NCBI GenBank assembly: GCA_964556135.1
Contig: CAZKUY010000002.1
Span: 27,259 to 91,258 of the forward strand
Reading direction: 5' to 3'
Source of the DNA: an uncultured Pseudomonadota bacterium
GTDB taxonomy: Bacteria; UBA10199; JADFYH01
DNA: 64,000 bases
Each line of letters begins with the position of its first letter. Position 1 is the first letter of the stretch. Of this stretch, positions 18,123-26,985 are shown piece after piece. The notes under the pieces are model-generated. The model was not told the DNA's origin, did not search any database, and worked only from the letters and a program-made list of their open reading frames with translations. A program made the translations under genes and the position numbers.

Positions 18123-19454
18123 TTACAAAGACTTCTTTCGGCGTATCGCCATCGGGACAATCCCGAGAATCATGAGCCAGAGAGGAGTCAAACTAATCAC
18201 AGAATTCGTTAAAGAACATCCGCCACTACCGCCACCCGTACCACCGATGGGAACGATGGGAGTTTCGCCACCGTCAGGGTTGCCTCCGCCAGGAGGAGGT
18301 GTAGTTCCGCCATCACCACCCGGAGGGACAACCGTTCCCCCACCAGGGGCTGCAGTTCCCACACAAGCATGAGCGGCATTACATTGATCATTGCTTGTCG
18401 AAGCGTTGGCGTCGTCGCATGTAGCACCTTCGGCTTTGTAGGCAGCACAGCTTGCTTCGCAGCAAGGTCCGCCATCACAAACTTCTGGAGCTTCAGTCGT
18501 GCCATTTCCACAAACAGGAGCAGGCGTTTCATTTTGACAAGTCGCGCTGCAACCATCATCGGCAGTCGTATTACCGTCGTCACATTGCTCGCCTGTTTCA
18601 GTCATGCTATTTCCGCAAACAGGAGCAGGCGTTTCGTTTTGGCAAGTTGCGCTGCAACCATCGCTGGCTGTCGTATTACCGTCGTCGCATTGCTCACCTG
18701 TTTCAGTCATGCTATTTCCGCAAACTGGAGCTGTAGGGGTTTCAGTTTGGCAAGTTGCGCTGCAACCATCGTTGGCAGTCGTATTACCGTCGTCACATTG
18801 CTCACCTGCTTCAGGACTTCCATTTCCACACACGGGAACCGGAATGGGTGTGCAAGTGACATTGTCACCACCACAAGTTCCGCTGCCGTTATCGCAAGAA
18901 GTTCCTGCTACCGCAAATTTAGCACGAGCATCGCAGCAAGTTGAATTCGGCACGCATTCATCGTCATCCGCAATAATTGTCACGGTGCTGGTAGGATTAT
19001 AAACTCCGCAAATCGCTTTCTCACGCGTTTTAGCTTTCACAATAATATCGACAAATTTCACATTGGTATTTTGCAAATTAATGACGCAGTCTCTAGCGGC
19101 CATTCCACTTCCATCAAAAGTAACTGAAGTTGCCTGACCTTTGGCAATCGTGAGGTTCGCGCCGTCACGTAAAGGATGTCCATCGGGATGGCTTTCACCG
19201 TCGTTAATGCTTTTCACATCAACGGTCGCCGTCAACTTATACTCGAAAGTCCCTGCGGCATGATTAATGATTTCGGTGCATTCCCGATTCGAAGTACGGT
19301 TGTAACTATTCAAGGCATGACTGAAAGATCTGTCGACGCCACTATAGTTGGTATCCGTCACCGTACAAAGTCGGTTATCGACAACAGCTTGAGCGGAAGA
19401 AGTGAATCCCACCAAACAAGCCAAGCCTAAAATTGAGAAGATGATTTTTTTCAT
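18123..19454 (-). CDS. Secreted protein: signal peptide, CSLREA-like N-terminal module, four Myxococcus-type cysteine-rich repeats (CGNxxxExGEQCDDGNTxxxDGCSATCQ), Gly-rich spacer and a MYXO-CTERM-like tail (GGCS + TM + RRKKSL)
   Basis: The ORF-track start at 19496 is TTG. The ATG at 19454 gives MKKIIFSILGLACLVGFTSSAQA. The repeats match the TIGR02232-type Cys-rich repeat. The C-terminal GC-hydrophobic-basic tripartite tail fits MYXO-CTERM. Confidence 0.8.
   Translation of the reverse strand: MKKIIFSILGLACLVGFTSSAQAVVDNRLCTVTDTNYSGVDRSFSHALNSYNRTSNRECTEIINHAAGTFEYKLTATVDVKSINDGESHPDGHPLRDGANLTIAKGQATSVTFDGSGMAARDCVINLQNTNVKFVDIIVKAKTREKAICGVYNPTSTVTIIADDDECVPNSTCCDARAKFAVAGTSCDNGSGTCGGDNVTCTPIPVPVCGNGSPEAGEQCDDGNTTANDGCSATCQTETPTAPVCGNSMTETGEQCDDGNTTASDGCSATCQNETPAPVCGNSMTETGEQCDDGNTTADDGCSATCQNETPAPVCGNGTTEAPEVCDGGPCCEASCAAYKAEGATCDDANASTSNDQCNAAHACVGTAAPGGGTVVPPGGDGGTTPPPGGGNPDGGETPIVPIGGTGGGSGGCSLTNSVISLTPLWLMILGIVPMAIRRKKSL
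18504..18821. repeat. Three near-identical tandem copies of a 105-bp unit encoding the Cys-rich repeats, with more diverged copies on both sides (~18400..18930)
   Basis: Direct reading shows units beginning TTTCC(A/G)CAAAC(A/T)GGAGC... at ~18505, 18609 and 18714 with a handful of substitutions between them. Confidence 0.8.
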
Positions 19455-19517
19455 AATTTTTTTCCGTGCCCCAGAATTATTAATTTGAAACTCCAATATA
19501 ATTATCGCGGCTTAAAA

Positions 19518-21056
19518 TTATTTGTTGCTATTCTTTTGCGTTTTGTAACGCACACTTCCCAAGATAATAAATAAGCTTAATGACACCAAAGCCATGAGAT
19601 AATGGCCTTTGCCAGCGATAAAAGTATCGCTTAATGAACAACCGCCTGCTGGGGCACAAATCACGTCTGAAAAACCATTAGGCCCATTCAAGGAATAGCT
19701 TTTACCGCTACAATCTGAAGGGGTTTCGCTTTCATCATCCTCTGAAGGAGGATTTGGATTATCTTCTGGATTCACGGGATCAGGCACCGGACAGCCACGA
19801 TTGGAGCTCACCCCCACCTGAGCAGGACAAGCATCTTGATCGTTGGTGACGCCATCTCCATCGGAATCTGTAGGAGTTTCTGTAGGATTAGGACAACCTT
19901 GATGAGCCGCAACTCCCGCCTGATCAACACAACGATCAGCGCCGTCAATCACACCATCACCATCTCTATCTCGATTGTCGGGTTGGGTGTCTGTAGCATT
20001 AGGAAGTCCGTCGCCATCTCTATCGTTGTCGCAAGCATTACCGGTTCCATCGCTGTCTAAATCTTCTTGGCCCGCATTTACTTCAGTGGGGCAATTATCG
20101 GTCATATCCGGATGACCATCCGAATCGGTATCGGTAGGATCGGTGATAGGTGCTTCGCAAGCATCCCCTTGACCATCCCCATCGCTATCTTTTTGAATGT
20201 CCTCTGCAGCAATTCCCGCAGTGCTAGGACCATTTGAAACAGCGGGGCAATTATCACAAACATCGCCTTTTCCATCATGATCCCCGTCTTCTTGCACGGG
20301 ATTATTTTGGAGGGGGCAATTATCGCTCGAGTCTGGGATTGTATCTGTATCTGTATCCATGGCGGGAGCCACGCGACCTATACATTGATGACTCGCATTG
20401 CAATGCCCGTCGTCTACCATGGGCGCCACGCAAGCTTCGCCTTCGGGTTTCCATCGGTTTTCCGCAGTGCAGCAAGGATCGCTGGTGTTGCATTCGCTCA
20501 TGGGTGGGGGAGTTGTGCCGCCATCGCCTTCTAATTCAATAATTAAACCATCTTCGCCATTCGTATGATGATTATTAGTGCCATGATCGCAAAAGGCCTT
20601 GCTTAAATCGCGAACCTTAATCGTCATATTTTGCCATTTGGAATTACTATTAAATAATTCAATTGCACAACGACCCGCTGCTGTAAGGGCTCGAGCGTCG
20701 ATCGTAACCCGAGCAGGACCACCATCGACCAAAAGATTATAGGCATCATTTTCAAAAGGATGACCCGCGATCACATCGGTATCGCCGTCTTCCGCATAAG
20801 TAAAAGCCAAGGTGCTGCCTAAAACAATATTATAAGTGCCCGCTTGAAAACGAATCACTTCAGTACATTCACGGCTCGTCGTACGGTCAAAACTGACCTC
20901 AACGGCTTGACGCAAGCTACCAACTCCTCGAGCATCTTGATCATTCGTAATGGTGCAAAGCCGATTGTCGACGATGGCGTGAGCGCTGGGGCTGTAAAAC
21001 AGAAGCACAGCCGCCGCGAAAAAAATTTTTTTAAGCATTTGATGGTAATTTTTCAT
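19518..21056 (-). CDS. Secreted paralogue: signal peptide, CSLREA-like N-terminal module (GSLRQAVE), thrombospondin type-3-like Ca-binding repeats (DxDxDGxGDxCDNCP), Pro/Asn-rich linker and a MYXO-CTERM-like tail (GGCS + TM + RYKTQKNSNK)
   Basis: ATG at 21056 with AGGGAGG 9 nt upstream. The N-terminal ~190 aa align with the 18123 protein (VDNRLCT.T..., ECTE.I.F.AGT). Repeated DxDxD/CPxxxN motifs are present. Confidence 0.8.
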   Translation of the reverse strand: MKNYHQMLKKIFFAAAVLLFYSPSAHAIVDNRLCTITNDQDARGVGSLRQAVEVSFDRTTSRECTEVIRFQAGTYNIVLGSTLAFTYAEDGDTDVIAGHPFENDAYNLLVDGGPARVTIDARALTAAGRCAIELFNSNSKWQNMTIKVRDLSKAFCDHGTNNHHTNGEDGLIIELEGDGGTTPPPMSECNTSDPCCTAENRWKPEGEACVAPMVDDGHCNASHQCIGRVAPAMDTDTDTIPDSSDNCPLQNNPVQEDGDHDGKGDVCDNCPAVSNGPSTAGIAAEDIQKDSDGDGQGDACEAPITDPTDTDSDGHPDMTDNCPTEVNAGQEDLDSDGTGNACDNDRDGDGLPNATDTQPDNRDRDGDGVIDGADRCVDQAGVAAHQGCPNPTETPTDSDGDGVTNDQDACPAQVGVSSNRGCPVPDPVNPEDNPNPPSEDDESETPSDCSGKSYSLNGPNGFSDVICAPAGGCSLSDTFIAGKGHYLMALVSLSLFIILGSVRYKTQKNSNK

Positions 21057-21238
21057 TCAGAACTACCTCCCTTAATCAAAGCATCCAATAGTGGTTATCG
21101 GTAGATTTCCTGAGAAGTTGTGAAAAAGATGAGGCCTTTTAAAAGAATGAAAAAACTTCATTCAAAGACGAAACCTTTTCAAAGACCTGCCGATAAAGCT
21201 AGATGCGGGGGCACCTCCACGACATGGAGGTCGTTATA

Positions 21239-22579
21239 ATGGGTATTTTAAATCTTTTATTGAATCAACCAATCGCTGTCCAGGCTCCGGCTGCAGCACC
21301 TACACAACCATCTTCTCCAGCGACCCCTGCGTCAACAGCAGCGGCTCCGGCACCAGCGCCCGCTCCTCAAGCGCCACCCGCCGGACCATTACGCCCTGGT
21401 TCGTCTTGGTCTTTTGCAGCCGACTATGCAATTGGCGTCAGCTCTCGTGAATTTGATCATCCTACTGGCTTTTCAGCAGCATTGTTGAATCGAGTGAATT
21501 TAGGTGCTCGATACCAATCTTCTCCCCGTGTTAGCTGGACTCCTTATTTGTCTTATACCAATGAACGTTTTGATAATAGCGATCAAACGGCGAGTATCGA
21601 TACGGTAGCAGCGGGTGTTCGCTTGGATGTACGAGTCACAGAAATTTTAAGTGCAGCAGTCAGTGTGGAATTGGGCGCAGCCCAACTTTCAGCGACAGCC
21701 TCAACAAACGGCGGCAGCGGCTTATTATATGGCAATAATTTTCTGCATTATTCAGCAGACAATGTAAGTTTTCCTGCGGGTGGAGGAAATGTAGGCGCTT
21801 CACTCCGATTATATAATGGACCCAGAGCTCGCGTGTTTTTAAATTTAGATTATGGTGCTAGATTTGGAGCTTGGAATCTTCAACCCGATGCGATTGATCG
21901 AGCGGCGACAGATCCTTCTATTGGCATAAGCTCGACTGCGCACCAAGGAACTATAGGAGTTACCGTTAATATAGGGGGGCGCCAACAGGCTCGTTTGTCT
22001 GATCCTGCGCCTACAGAACCCACTCCCGCAAGACCCGAAACTCCGGCAGCAGCGCCCGTCGTGACACCTGCTGCTACAGCGCCAGCAGCTCCCGCTCCGA
22101 CTCCAGCGGCAACACCAGCAGCTCCAACTCCTGCTAACCCTCCCGGCACTCTTGTCAATACAACAGCGACAGCGGGTGTAGGCAATACAGACCATCGAGC
22201 ACCCCTAGCCTTTACTCTTGCTGCCACGGTTCCAAATTCCCGAGCAAATGGCGCGGCCTTCGCGAGAACGATTCGCGTCGCCGACGTCAATGAGGAATTT
22301 TTAGCAAATGGACATACGGCCAACTTTGGTATCACCTACACCGATAGGAACCACGGAAGCATTCAATTGATCAATTATTCAGTGATCACTGCAGGGGGTC
22401 GCAGAACAACTTATCAAGCAGGTGACCCCGATATGCCTATCACCGCAGCACACGTAAGAGGCTTAATGGAAAGCGTGGTCAATGCAGGACTGCCTCGACA
22501 TAATGCAACGGGTGGACACCCCATTCATTTATTAGTCAGCAGAGGTGCTCAAGGCAGCCTTCAACTAGACAGTTACTAA
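21239..22579 (+). CDS. Hypothetical protein: short hydrophobic N-terminus, Pro/Ala-rich linker, beta-rich OMP-barrel-like domain, second PA-rich linker and a ~150-aa C-terminal domain
   Basis: ATG 21239 with GGAGG 8 nt upstream, preferred over the ORF-track start at 21203. It is a paralogue of the downstream gene (shared LxYGNNFLxY and PDAIDRxxxDPxI motifs). Confidence 0.65.
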   Translation: MGILNLLLNQPIAVQAPAAAPTQPSSPATPASTAAAPAPAPAPQAPPAGPLRPGSSWSFAADYAIGVSSREFDHPTGFSAALLNRVNLGARYQSSPRVSWTPYLSYTNERFDNSDQTASIDTVAAGVRLDVRVTEILSAAVSVELGAAQLSATASTNGGSGLLYGNNFLHYSADNVSFPAGGGNVGASLRLYNGPRARVFLNLDYGARFGAWNLQPDAIDRAATDPSIGISSTAHQGTIGVTVNIGGRQQARLSDPAPTEPTPARPETPAAAPVVTPAATAPAAPAPTPAATPAAPTPANPPGTLVNTTATAGVGNTDHRAPLAFTLAATVPNSRANGAAFARTIRVADVNEEFLANGHTANFGITYTDRNHGSIQLINYSVITAGGRRTTYQAGDPDMPITAAHVRGLMESVVNAGLPRHNATGGHPIHLLVSRGAQGSLQLDSY

Positions 22580-22606
22580 ACTTAAACAGAACCTCGTGTT
22601 TTCTAA

Positions 22607-22637
22607 CCCCCTTCGAATTTCCGAAGGGGGTTTTTTA
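22607..22637 (+). terminator. Intrinsic terminator
   Basis: CCCCCTTCG-AATTTC-CGAAGGGGG followed by TTTTTT. Confidence 0.8.
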
Positions 22638-22807
22638 TTTTCTAAGCCCTTAAGCAACCATTTCGTCAATCCACCGATAAAATCATTGAACGAGAGGAAC
22701 GAGAATCTCGTGGGGCACACGAATCCCACCGGCTTCATCATCCTCCAAAAGAATATAACCCCATTCATGAGGCATTATTTTGCCCGATGATTTCAGGAGG
22801 ATCGAAC

Positions 22808-24271
22808 ATGTTTCCAGCATTATCTTATTTAGGTTTAATCGGTGGCCAGCAAGCTCAAGACAAACCCAACGAATCTGCAGAAGAGCAAAAAACTGAAGTC
22901 ACCGACTCTCCACCTGAAGAAAAATCTCCCGAGGCGAGTTCTTTTTGGTTTTCGGACTTAGGTAGTTTAAGACTCGAAGCAGGTTTGGGAAAAGCATGGT
23001 CAGAAGTCAGTAATAAGAACGGCCCTGACCACGATGCTTACGTCAATGATTTCCGAGCGGGCTTTGATTTTAATGTCGGCCCCATCACTCTTGGACCTGA
23101 ACTGACCTATTCTTATCGAGATTTAGTGCAAAAAAGTGGCGGCGTGAGCTCTTATCTCAACAAGCACTCTTTTATCTTGGGAGGCCGGATTGCTTATGAG
23201 CCCATTCCCCAATGGCTCAACCTTTTTGCGGGAGCGGGCATCATTGGCATTACCTCCATCAACTCTGGAAAAAATACCGATGGCACAAAGGGCGAAGGCC
23301 TGCGTTATGGCAATAATTTTTTGAAATACAATGTGAAGGATGAACGAACCTTTGCTTTTCAATTCCGTGCGGGCGTAGGAAGTGAATTTATTAATTCGGA
23401 TAATTTCGGTCTGGGGCTTAATGCTTATTTACAATTAACCAGCAGCCAACACGAACTGTATCCAGATGCGATTGATCGTAGTCCGAGCGATCCTGCAATT
23501 CCGGTGGATGCATCCGATAGTGGTGTATTTGTTGCTCTGGTAGCCCGCTTCGGAGCAGCGCCTGAATCTCGCGGAGTGAGTGTAGATGAAGTTAATACGG
23601 GTAAAGTTGAAGAGGCTCCAGAAACTGAAGCACCCGCCTCTCAAGCCATCGAAGGAAGCGCAGAAGAACCAAAAACTGAACTGCAAACGGTTTTAGATAA
23701 AATAAATGAAATCTCACAAAACACACAAAGTTCTTTAAGTAAAAATTACTCTGAGGCCATTGCAAATTTTGCCAATGGAATTAACGTTAACGCTGAAAGC
23801 TCGCCAGAAAAAGAGGCGGCTTATGAACGAGTCAAAAACATTCACGAAGCTTATAGGGCAAGTGTCATCGAATTGAGGACTATCATTCAACAAGTCGCTG
23901 AACTTAAAGCACTCACAAAGTCTGATTATTACCAGAACTTGGGTGAAAAAGACCTAGAATCATTCACTACAGCTTGGGATAAAATGGCAGATGGCATTGC
24001 AACTCTACGAGCCAATCTCCTTGCCAATAGAAGCGCTGCAACAGAAGCCATTGAAAACTTCCAAAAGATTTCTGGCTTAAATAATGAGCAGAAGAGTTTT
24101 GCCGCAGATTTCCTCAAAACATTGAATGCCAAACCTGAACTCAGAGCCAAATCACAAAAAGTGGCGGAACAGCCACCACAGACGATTGATGCGGTCGACG
24201 GAGCTTGTCCTGAAGGTTATTCCGTCACGGTGAAGGACGGCGATAAAGCTCTGAAATGCACCCAGCAATAA
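22808..24271 (+). CDS. Hypothetical protein: paralogous beta-rich N-terminal domain plus a helical C-terminal domain with a terminal Cys pair
   Basis: ATG 22808 with AGGAGG 7 nt upstream (the ORF-track start at 22787 has no RBS). The N-terminal domain aligns with the 21239 protein. Confidence 0.65.
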   Translation: MFPALSYLGLIGGQQAQDKPNESAEEQKTEVTDSPPEEKSPEASSFWFSDLGSLRLEAGLGKAWSEVSNKNGPDHDAYVNDFRAGFDFNVGPITLGPELTYSYRDLVQKSGGVSSYLNKHSFILGGRIAYEPIPQWLNLFAGAGIIGITSINSGKNTDGTKGEGLRYGNNFLKYNVKDERTFAFQFRAGVGSEFINSDNFGLGLNAYLQLTSSQHELYPDAIDRSPSDPAIPVDASDSGVFVALVARFGAAPESRGVSVDEVNTGKVEEAPETEAPASQAIEGSAEEPKTELQTVLDKINEISQNTQSSLSKNYSEAIANFANGINVNAESSPEKEAAYERVKNIHEAYRASVIELRTIIQQVAELKALTKSDYYQNLGEKDLESFTTAWDKMADGIATLRANLLANRSAATEAIENFQKISGLNNEQKSFAADFLKTLNAKPELRAKSQKVAEQPPQTIDAVDGACPEGYSVTVKDGDKALKCTQQ

Positions 24272-24282
24272 TGGATGTTCGT

Positions 24283-24323
24283 AAAAAAAAGCCCCGCTTA
24301 CATCGTGTAAGCGGGGCTTTTTT
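24283..24323. terminator. Bidirectional intrinsic terminator between convergent genes
   Basis: AAAAAAAA-GCCCCGCTTA-catcgtg-TAAGCGGGGC-TTTTTT: a 10-bp GC-rich stem with an A-run on one side and a T-run on the other. Confidence 0.85.
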
Positions 24324-24336
24324 AATTTTAAAAGAA

Positions 24337-25713
24337 TTATTTTCTCTTTTCACCACCCGCAATCACGCGTAAGCGGCGACGGGGAGAGTGGCCTTCCAAA
24401 ACTTCCATAATGACTTCATCATCATGCACAGCTTTTTGGATTTTTGCTTCGTCGCGCGCCACCACATCACGCGTCATTTCAATTCCATAAGAAGACAAAA
24501 TAGCCGAAATCTCATCAAACTTTTCATCAATCGATTCTTTTACCGATTCGAAACCCAACTTGGCGGCTTTCGCTCGATTCCAAAACGCAAAAGGATTGAT
24601 GTCAAAGAAAGTGAAATCATCTTCCTTTGGCTCGATGAGGATCAAATCACCCTTAAAGTTTTTGTCTTCACGGTAATGCTGCAAGCCATAAATAAGACGA
24701 GAGTGGTATAAAGTTCTAAACACTTGATTGAACACACCGAAAACACCGCCATCGGAGATGCGTCGATCATTGGTCATGTAGCGATTGCCATCACGCAAAT
24801 ATTCCAAATTCACCAAATTTTTGAAAGGACGGAAAGGATTGTAGCAAATGATCAAATCCGCGCCTTTTTCTATGGCCAGATCGATATTTGCGGTTTGACG
24901 AACACCGCCATCTAAATAATCCACGCCTTTAATTCGCGCGGGTTTATAAAAACCAGGCATCGCCGTGGAAGCCATCACCGCTTCCGAAATAGAAACATCG
25001 TTTCTTTCATCCCAACCAAAAATAACGCGCTCCGAAGTGTCGAGCTCCATCGCGCTAATGTATAAATCTTTTCCTCGCATCTTCTTCAAGACTTTGAAGT
25101 TATTGGACATGCGATTATTTTTAATATTTTTGCGTAAGTATTTTTCTAAAGCGACATTATTAAAGGCGCCGGTCGGCATCGCGGAAATAATCCCCGGAAG
25201 ATTTCGATTCGTATAAAGCGCTCGCGCCAGCGGTCTGAGCATTTGCTCATAATTCGAATAATTGGGCTCTTTAAAAAATCGGATGATTCCCTGCTTCATG
25301 CGATTGGAGACTTGGGGAAAAGCGGAAACGAAATCAACAATGAGGCCCGGAAAATAAGTGAAAGTTTTATAAAGATATTTCAGAGGTCGTTCGACAAACT
25401 CCACCCAGTTTGGATAATAAAGGTGAAGCGGAGAAAGTTGTTGGAAGCGTTCACTCGTGCCATCTAAACTTTTTAAAATTTCTTCCGGAGGAATTCCACC
25501 CGCGAGAGGCACCGCTAAAAAACTTCCCGCGGAAATACCGACATAAATATCAAAATCGGTTACTTTTTTATTTACGAGATAATCGTTGAGTGCCTTGAGG
25601 CCGCCTGCCTTGAAAGCGCCGCCAGAAACGGCTCCGCCAGCAAGCACCAGGGCGGTTTTGGCATGAAGTTTCTTTTTAGAAAGATCACTTCTTTGAATAA
25701 TGGTAATTCCCAT
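24337..25713 (-). CDS. Patatin-like phospholipase
   Basis: Oxyanion-hole motif GGAVSGG, nucleophile elbow GISAGS and a catalytic DGG (YLDGGVRQ). The start is the ATG at 25713, preceded by AGGAGA. Confidence 0.85.
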   Translation of the reverse strand: MGITIIQRSDLSKKKLHAKTALVLAGGAVSGGAFKAGGLKALNDYLVNKKVTDFDIYVGISAGSFLAVPLAGGIPPEEILKSLDGTSERFQQLSPLHLYYPNWVEFVERPLKYLYKTFTYFPGLIVDFVSAFPQVSNRMKQGIIRFFKEPNYSNYEQMLRPLARALYTNRNLPGIISAMPTGAFNNVALEKYLRKNIKNNRMSNNFKVLKKMRGKDLYISAMELDTSERVIFGWDERNDVSISEAVMASTAMPGFYKPARIKGVDYLDGGVRQTANIDLAIEKGADLIICYNPFRPFKNLVNLEYLRDGNRYMTNDRRISDGGVFGVFNQVFRTLYHSRLIYGLQHYREDKNFKGDLILIEPKEDDFTFFDINPFAFWNRAKAAKLGFESVKESIDEKFDEISAILSSYGIEMTRDVVARDEAKIQKAVHDDEVIMEVLEGHSPRRRLRVIAGGEKRK

Positions 25714-25875
25714 GATTCTCCTATTAGATCGGGGGCGCCCTATGGTTGCCTTCCTTGCCCCTCTTTTATTCACGACTTTTTTTGATTGGCCCAGTGTGTC
25801 AATCATATGCAGTCATCTATTCAATTGCAAAGGCTTTTTTACTCATCTCGTCTCAGCAATCACATACTTGCTTCA

Positions 25876-26985
25876 CTACCATCGACTGGGTCTTAACTTT
25901 TGCAGATCATGCAGCGCGGATTTATTATCGCCATATAAACTCAGCGCTTCTTTGAAGCGAGCATAAGCTTCATTCTCTTTGCCAGCGCGCAAATCCAAGC
26001 GACCTAAATCGGCGACAGCATAAGAAGCCCATTCCTTGGGAGGATTGTGTGCGAGAAAAGCTTCATACCATTTGCGAGCTTCGTCGTAATTGCCTTCCAT
26101 GAAATAAGTCTTGGCGAGAAAAAAACGAGGCAGATTCGTCTCCGGATGTGCTGTTAAGACTGCGTCAAAAAGTTTGCGTGCTTCTGTAAAGTTTTTTTGT
26201 GACGCATAAACATCACCCAAAATATTTTTAAAAATGACATTTTCTGGATATTTTTTCAGTAAATCTTGGAGCAAATTTACGGCTTTGTTATTTTGCCTTC
26301 CTTCATAATAACAAAAAGCCAGCGATGCCTGAGCGAGCGTGCTCACCACGCGCCCTTCTTTCATCGCTTTTTCTACTTCTGCTAAGCCTTGAGCGCGCTT
26401 ATCTGAAAAGAAGGGAAGAAACTTAAATCGACTCGTAAATACACTGCGCCAATAATCGAACATGCCGATGCCTAAATACACATCCGCAAAACTAGGATCT
26501 TTTTGAAGGGTCTTTTCCAAAGCCTTCCGTGCCGTATTGGCTTCGCTCAAAGCTTTGAACACCTGATCTTTACGCATCAAATAGAATCCGCGAATCCCCG
26601 ATGAAGCTCCTGCCAAAAAAAGATCCCAGGCGGAAGAATCTGGATTTTTCATGACTTGATCGACAATGATTTTATTTTTAGCGGATAGATTCTGATAATC
26701 GGAGTCATATTGAAAATCGAAGTTTTCAAACATGCGTGATTGCCAAACCGCCATTTGGCCGAAGGTTCCCAAGGTTGAATCAGGATAATCTGTTTCTATT
26801 TTTTTAAAGAAACTAATCGCCTCATCATATTTGCGACCTAAGATAAGATCTCGCCCTTGAACTCCTAATTTTTCCAGTTCACTTAAAGCAGGCTGAGAGC
26901 TTGCACTTTGCGCAAAGAGACTATTCGTAATAAAAGGAAAAAAAAGAAAAACGAGAAGACTATATATCTTAATTTTTTGACGCAT
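25876..26985 (-). CDS. Secreted TPR-repeat protein
   Basis: N-terminal signal peptide and multiple TPR-like helices. Confidence 0.65.
   Translation of the reverse strand: MRQKIKIYSLLVFLFFPFITNSLFAQSASSQPALSELEKLGVQGRDLILGRKYDEAISFFKKIETDYPDSTLGTFGQMAVWQSRMFENFDFQYDSDYQNLSAKNKIIVDQVMKNPDSSAWDLFLAGASSGIRGFYLMRKDQVFKALSEANTARKALEKTLQKDPSFADVYLGIGMFDYWRSVFTSRFKFLPFFSDKRAQGLAEVEKAMKEGRVVSTLAQASLAFCYYEGRQNNKAVNLLQDLLKKYPENVIFKNILGDVYASQKNFTEARKLFDAVLTAHPETNLPRFFLAKTYFMEGNYDEARKWYEAFLAHNPPKEWASYAVADLGRLDLRAGKENEAYARFKEALSLYGDNKSALHDLQKLRPSRW

Noticed and set aside
18504-18821. Possible CRISPR array
   Set aside because: The repeats are contiguous 105-bp coding units with no unique spacers, and there are no cas genes nearby.
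18172-19430. Plus-strand ORFs (18172..18372, 18369..18944, 18452..18736, 18604..19002, 19176..19430) and minus-strand ORF 18209..18583 over the Cys-repeat gene
   Set aside because: Their open frames are produced by the codon-biased tandem repeats. The minus-strand frame encoding the Cys-rich repeats carries a signal peptide and recognisable domains, while these alternative frames give low-complexity nonsense.
19836-20542. Plus-strand ORFs antisense to the TSP3-repeat gene
   Set aside because: Same reasoning: antisense artefacts of a repetitive Asp/Gly-rich gene.
21203-21238. Longer N-terminal extension of the first paralogue starting at ATG 21203
   Set aside because: There is no RBS before 21203, whereas GGAGG sits 8 nt before ATG 21239.
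21845-22335. Two minus-strand ORFs within the Pro/Ala-rich linker of the 21239 gene
   Set aside because: GC-rich low-complexity antisense frames with no start context.
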